This document shows positions 44,857 to 47,167 of a DNA stretch of 47,167 nucleotides, piece after piece. The stretch comes from a virus (lineage: Duplodnaviria; Caudoviricetes), in IMG/VR virus record IMGVR_UViG_3300040971_000176, positions 1-47,167 of that record, one strand, 5' to 3'. The stretch's first letter is position 1. The number at the start of each line of letters is the position of its first letter. The notes beneath the pieces are model-generated. The model saw only the letters and a program-made list of their open reading frames with translations. It was not told where the DNA came from and ran no database searches. A program made the position numbers and the translations under genes.

Positions 44857-46959
44857 TTATCCGTTTACGGCGAACGCCCTGTGTATGTCGGAGGACAAGG
44901 CGTAATCTTGACTGTCCGGGTATTTACGCACCCATTTGGCCTGAGCTTCGCTCAGATCCTCTCTGTCTTTGAGTTCCAAAAATAGGAGATATCTCTCCCG
45001 GGGAGTCGCTGGGAGTTTGAAGCCAGGAACGATCTCCCGGGCCTGCTCAGTCACGGCCACGGCTGGGATATGGGCGTTGGCGGCCTCGGCGGCGGCCTCA
45101 AGTTCAGGCGTGGTATGAACAATAGAGCGCTGGCTAACGGCCCCGGAAGTCTGACGGATGTGTTCGGCTCGCTCTGAATAAAAAGCCATGATCTCTCCGG
45201 CGGCTTGGGCAGCACCGGTGCGCTTGGCCATGCCGCGCAACTCCCGCTCAACGGCCTTTGCTTGGGTCTGGCCTGCGCGACGGGTTGCTACGGCCAAATC
45301 GCGGCGCTCCTGGGATGAAATGCCCGAGACTTCGGCGGCCCGGCACACAAACTTTCCGGCTTCATTAAAGATGTAGGCGGACGATGTGTCATTCGGGTCC
45401 ACGCGTACCTGCACCCTGGATCCAATCATTCCGCCCAGTTCAGGTGCAGCGTACTGGCCGTCCGGGGTCTTGACACCCTTCTTGCTCACGGTCCGCCTGC
45501 CCTGCTGGGTGGGCAGTGGAGTCAGAAGAAGGTCCAGGGCGCGAATTTCTTCGATGCGATTCACTGGCGCGATCCAGTCACAGGCCACTTCGAAGGGGGT
45601 TCGACCATTCAGGCCGCTGTGCTCCTTGTGCGCGTACACATCGTCGCACCACTGGTCACAGAAGCGCTGAAGACTTTCGGGATCAACAGCCATGGGGATT
45701 TCTTGGGGTTTTTTCCTGTTCATCAGGCGCTTAGCGAATGTTTCGCGCTCGCGGATTGCTTGCCGCTCGACGACGTTGTGCCCGACATATCCGGGCAGGA
45801 GCGTCAGCATGTGGTGGGAAAAGGTACGAAAAAAACGCTCGATACCCGGTTTCAGATCCGGGCGGAACGGGGGCAGGATTTCGTGATTGATACTTAGAGA
45901 CGCGAAGACCTGTTGCAAGTAAAGGGCTACAAAATCCTTGCCGTTATCAGTCACGGCCATCTCGGGCACGCCCCAGTCGAGCAAGGCGCGCCGCGTCAGG
46001 TTCGCCACGGCCGTGGCCGTTGAGCGTTCCACGACATCGAGCTTAGCCTTGCGATCGTAGATGTTGACCACGCCCACGATGGTGTAGCGCTTGCCATCAT
46101 TCAGTAGTAGGTCGGCCGGAGTTCCGTCGTACTCCCATCGTTGATTCTGACGCGTGACCAGTTCGTAGGCGTTACCCACCGAGGCCAGGAAACGTGAGCG
46201 ATATGTGTCCGGGGCCTTGATGAACTCCCAACCATGGCTGTTTTCAGCCTTCCATGCCGACACCCAGGCCCGCAGACGACGCATCGACGGGATATGCACC
46301 CCTCGCTTCGTGAAAATGGACTCAAGGCGCTCTCGGATGAGCTGCACGGAGGCGTGCGGATAGTCGTGGATCATGCCCAACACCGTCTCGCGCATCTCGG
46401 GGTTGGAATCGATGATCCCCGTCCCCTTGCGGTGCTTCCCATAGACTCCACCCAGGGCGCTTGCACCCTTTTTCTGTATGGAGTCTACCCAGTTCTTCAG
46501 TGAGTTAGGACTAAATCTGGGTAGGGCCGCCCGCACGTCCGGATCCGCCTCGATCTCACCGGCCGCCCATCTGACCGCGAAGGCCTGCCTACACGGTGTG
46601 TCGGCCATGCCAGCGCGCGCGGCGAAGGATCGGTACAGGTTCACCACACAGGCCCGTGCTTCGGCGCGGGACCGCCTTTTGCCCGAAAGCGTCATGACGG
46701 CAGCAAGTCCAGCCTGCTGCTCTGGGGTGATAGGGGCCGGAGTGTAGGGACATTCCTTGACGGCGATCATCTGACGGACGTCGGGGGGAAGGTCCTCGAT
46801 CCGAAACAACTTCGCCTTTCCATCCCATACTACGGGCCAAGCATATTTCTTTGCCTTCTTGTCTACGGCCTGGCGTGACTTTCCCAAAAGCTCTCCAATT
46901 TCTTCAGCAGAGAGCGCGGGCCGGTTTTCTTTGGGAATGGAATCAGTCCCAGGTGTCAT
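44857..46959 (-). CDS. Mu-like DDE transposase of the mini-Mu (only distantly similar to the prophage MuA)
   Basis: N-terminal HTH; WEYDGTPAD, VTDNGKDF and KPGIERFF DDE triad; open frame of 700 aa. Confidence 0.93.
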   Translation of the reverse strand: MTPGTDSIPKENRPALSAEEIGELLGKSRQAVDKKAKKYAWPVVWDGKAKLFRIEDLPPDVRQMIAVKECPYTPAPITPEQQAGLAAVMTLSGKRRSRAEARACVVNLYRSFAARAGMADTPCRQAFAVRWAAGEIEADPDVRAALPRFSPNSLKNWVDSIQKKGASALGGVYGKHRKGTGIIDSNPEMRETVLGMIHDYPHASVQLIRERLESIFTKRGVHIPSMRRLRAWVSAWKAENSHGWEFIKAPDTYRSRFLASVGNAYELVTRQNQRWEYDGTPADLLLNDGKRYTIVGVVNIYDRKAKLDVVERSTATAVANLTRRALLDWGVPEMAVTDNGKDFVALYLQQVFASLSINHEILPPFRPDLKPGIERFFRTFSHHMLTLLPGYVGHNVVERQAIRERETFAKRLMNRKKPQEIPMAVDPESLQRFCDQWCDDVYAHKEHSGLNGRTPFEVACDWIAPVNRIEEIRALDLLLTPLPTQQGRRTVSKKGVKTPDGQYAAPELGGMIGSRVQVRVDPNDTSSAYIFNEAGKFVCRAAEVSGISSQERRDLAVATRRAGQTQAKAVERELRGMAKRTGAAQAAGEIMAFYSERAEHIRQTSGAVSQRSIVHTTPELEAAAEAANAHIPAVAVTEQAREIVPGFKLPATPRERYLLFLELKDREDLSEAQAKWVRKYPDSQDYALSSDIHRAFAVNG

Positions 46960-47040
46960 GCGACCTTCCGCGACGTGGATATTGACCGCTCGACGAAATA
47001 CTCTTCCGGACAGCCGATGCTCAAAAAATGTTCAAGAACT
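46956..47040 (-). pseudogene. 3' remnant of a ner/cro-like gene interrupted by an IS
   Basis: VLEHFLSIGCPEEYF resembles the prophage IYNYFIERGCPREYF; the frame closes just inside the IS end; stop overlaps the transposase ATG. Confidence 0.65.
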
Positions 47041-47167
47041 GTAAGCGCTCAGGCGACCGCATCTTCCAGGGACGTGCCTGATCTGCGATAGATGCAGGAG
47101 TCTTTACTTTTTGCGCGGCTTTGGCTTGGGGAGGCTTGGGAGAAGGGATTTGTCCACGTGCTGCGGC
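47041..47167 (-). mobile_element. IS66-like element end with the probable tnpC C-terminus (runs off window)
   Basis: Terminus GTAAGCG typical of IS66; minus-strand ...PQHVDKSLLPSLPKPKPRKK* ending at 47104. Confidence 0.6.

Larger units (their letters stand above)
37126..47040 (-). mobile_element. Second Mu-like element (mini-Mu, candidate satellite) lacking virion genes; continues beyond the IS at the window edge
   Basis: Own DDE transposase, MuB-like ATPase, early-gene homologues, GemA and its own end repeats; no head, tail or lysis genes between transposase and end. Confidence 0.8.

Overview
The window starts with host DNA: the 5' end of folC and a tRNA-Arg(TCT). Two nested Mu-like transposable elements follow. 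(1) An apparently complete Mu-like prophage at 561-37125 (36,565 bp) has TG...CA ends, a 5-bp GGGCG target duplication and six transposase-binding repeats. It carries repressor/ner, MuA/MuB, early genes, lysis genes, a Mu-type head and a non-contractile (sheath-less) tail. It also contains two type II hammerhead ribozymes, a MuF-metallopeptidase fusion, its own HU, a major capsid protein with a signal-peptide-like N-terminal extension and a -1 tail-chaperone frameshift. (2) A second, oppositely oriented 'mini-Mu' lies at 549-560 plus 37126 to beyond the window end. It has its own intact DDE transposase, a MuB-like ATPase, early-gene homologues and a central gyrase-site-like motif, but no recognisable virion or lysis genes. 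Removing the prophage in silico restores this element's terminus (TGTAGGGGGGCGCTTAATTTTG...), so the phage inserted 8-12 bp from its tip. The mini-Mu's last gene is a catalytically empty copy of the prophage transposase's end-binding domains (about 70% identical by hand alignment) fused to a coiled coil. Together these suggest a transposable-phage satellite or interference element carrying a MuA decoy; this is inference and untested. An IS66-like element interrupts the mini-Mu's ner-like gene at the window's right edge. All family assignments come from motif recognition by eye; no searches were run.
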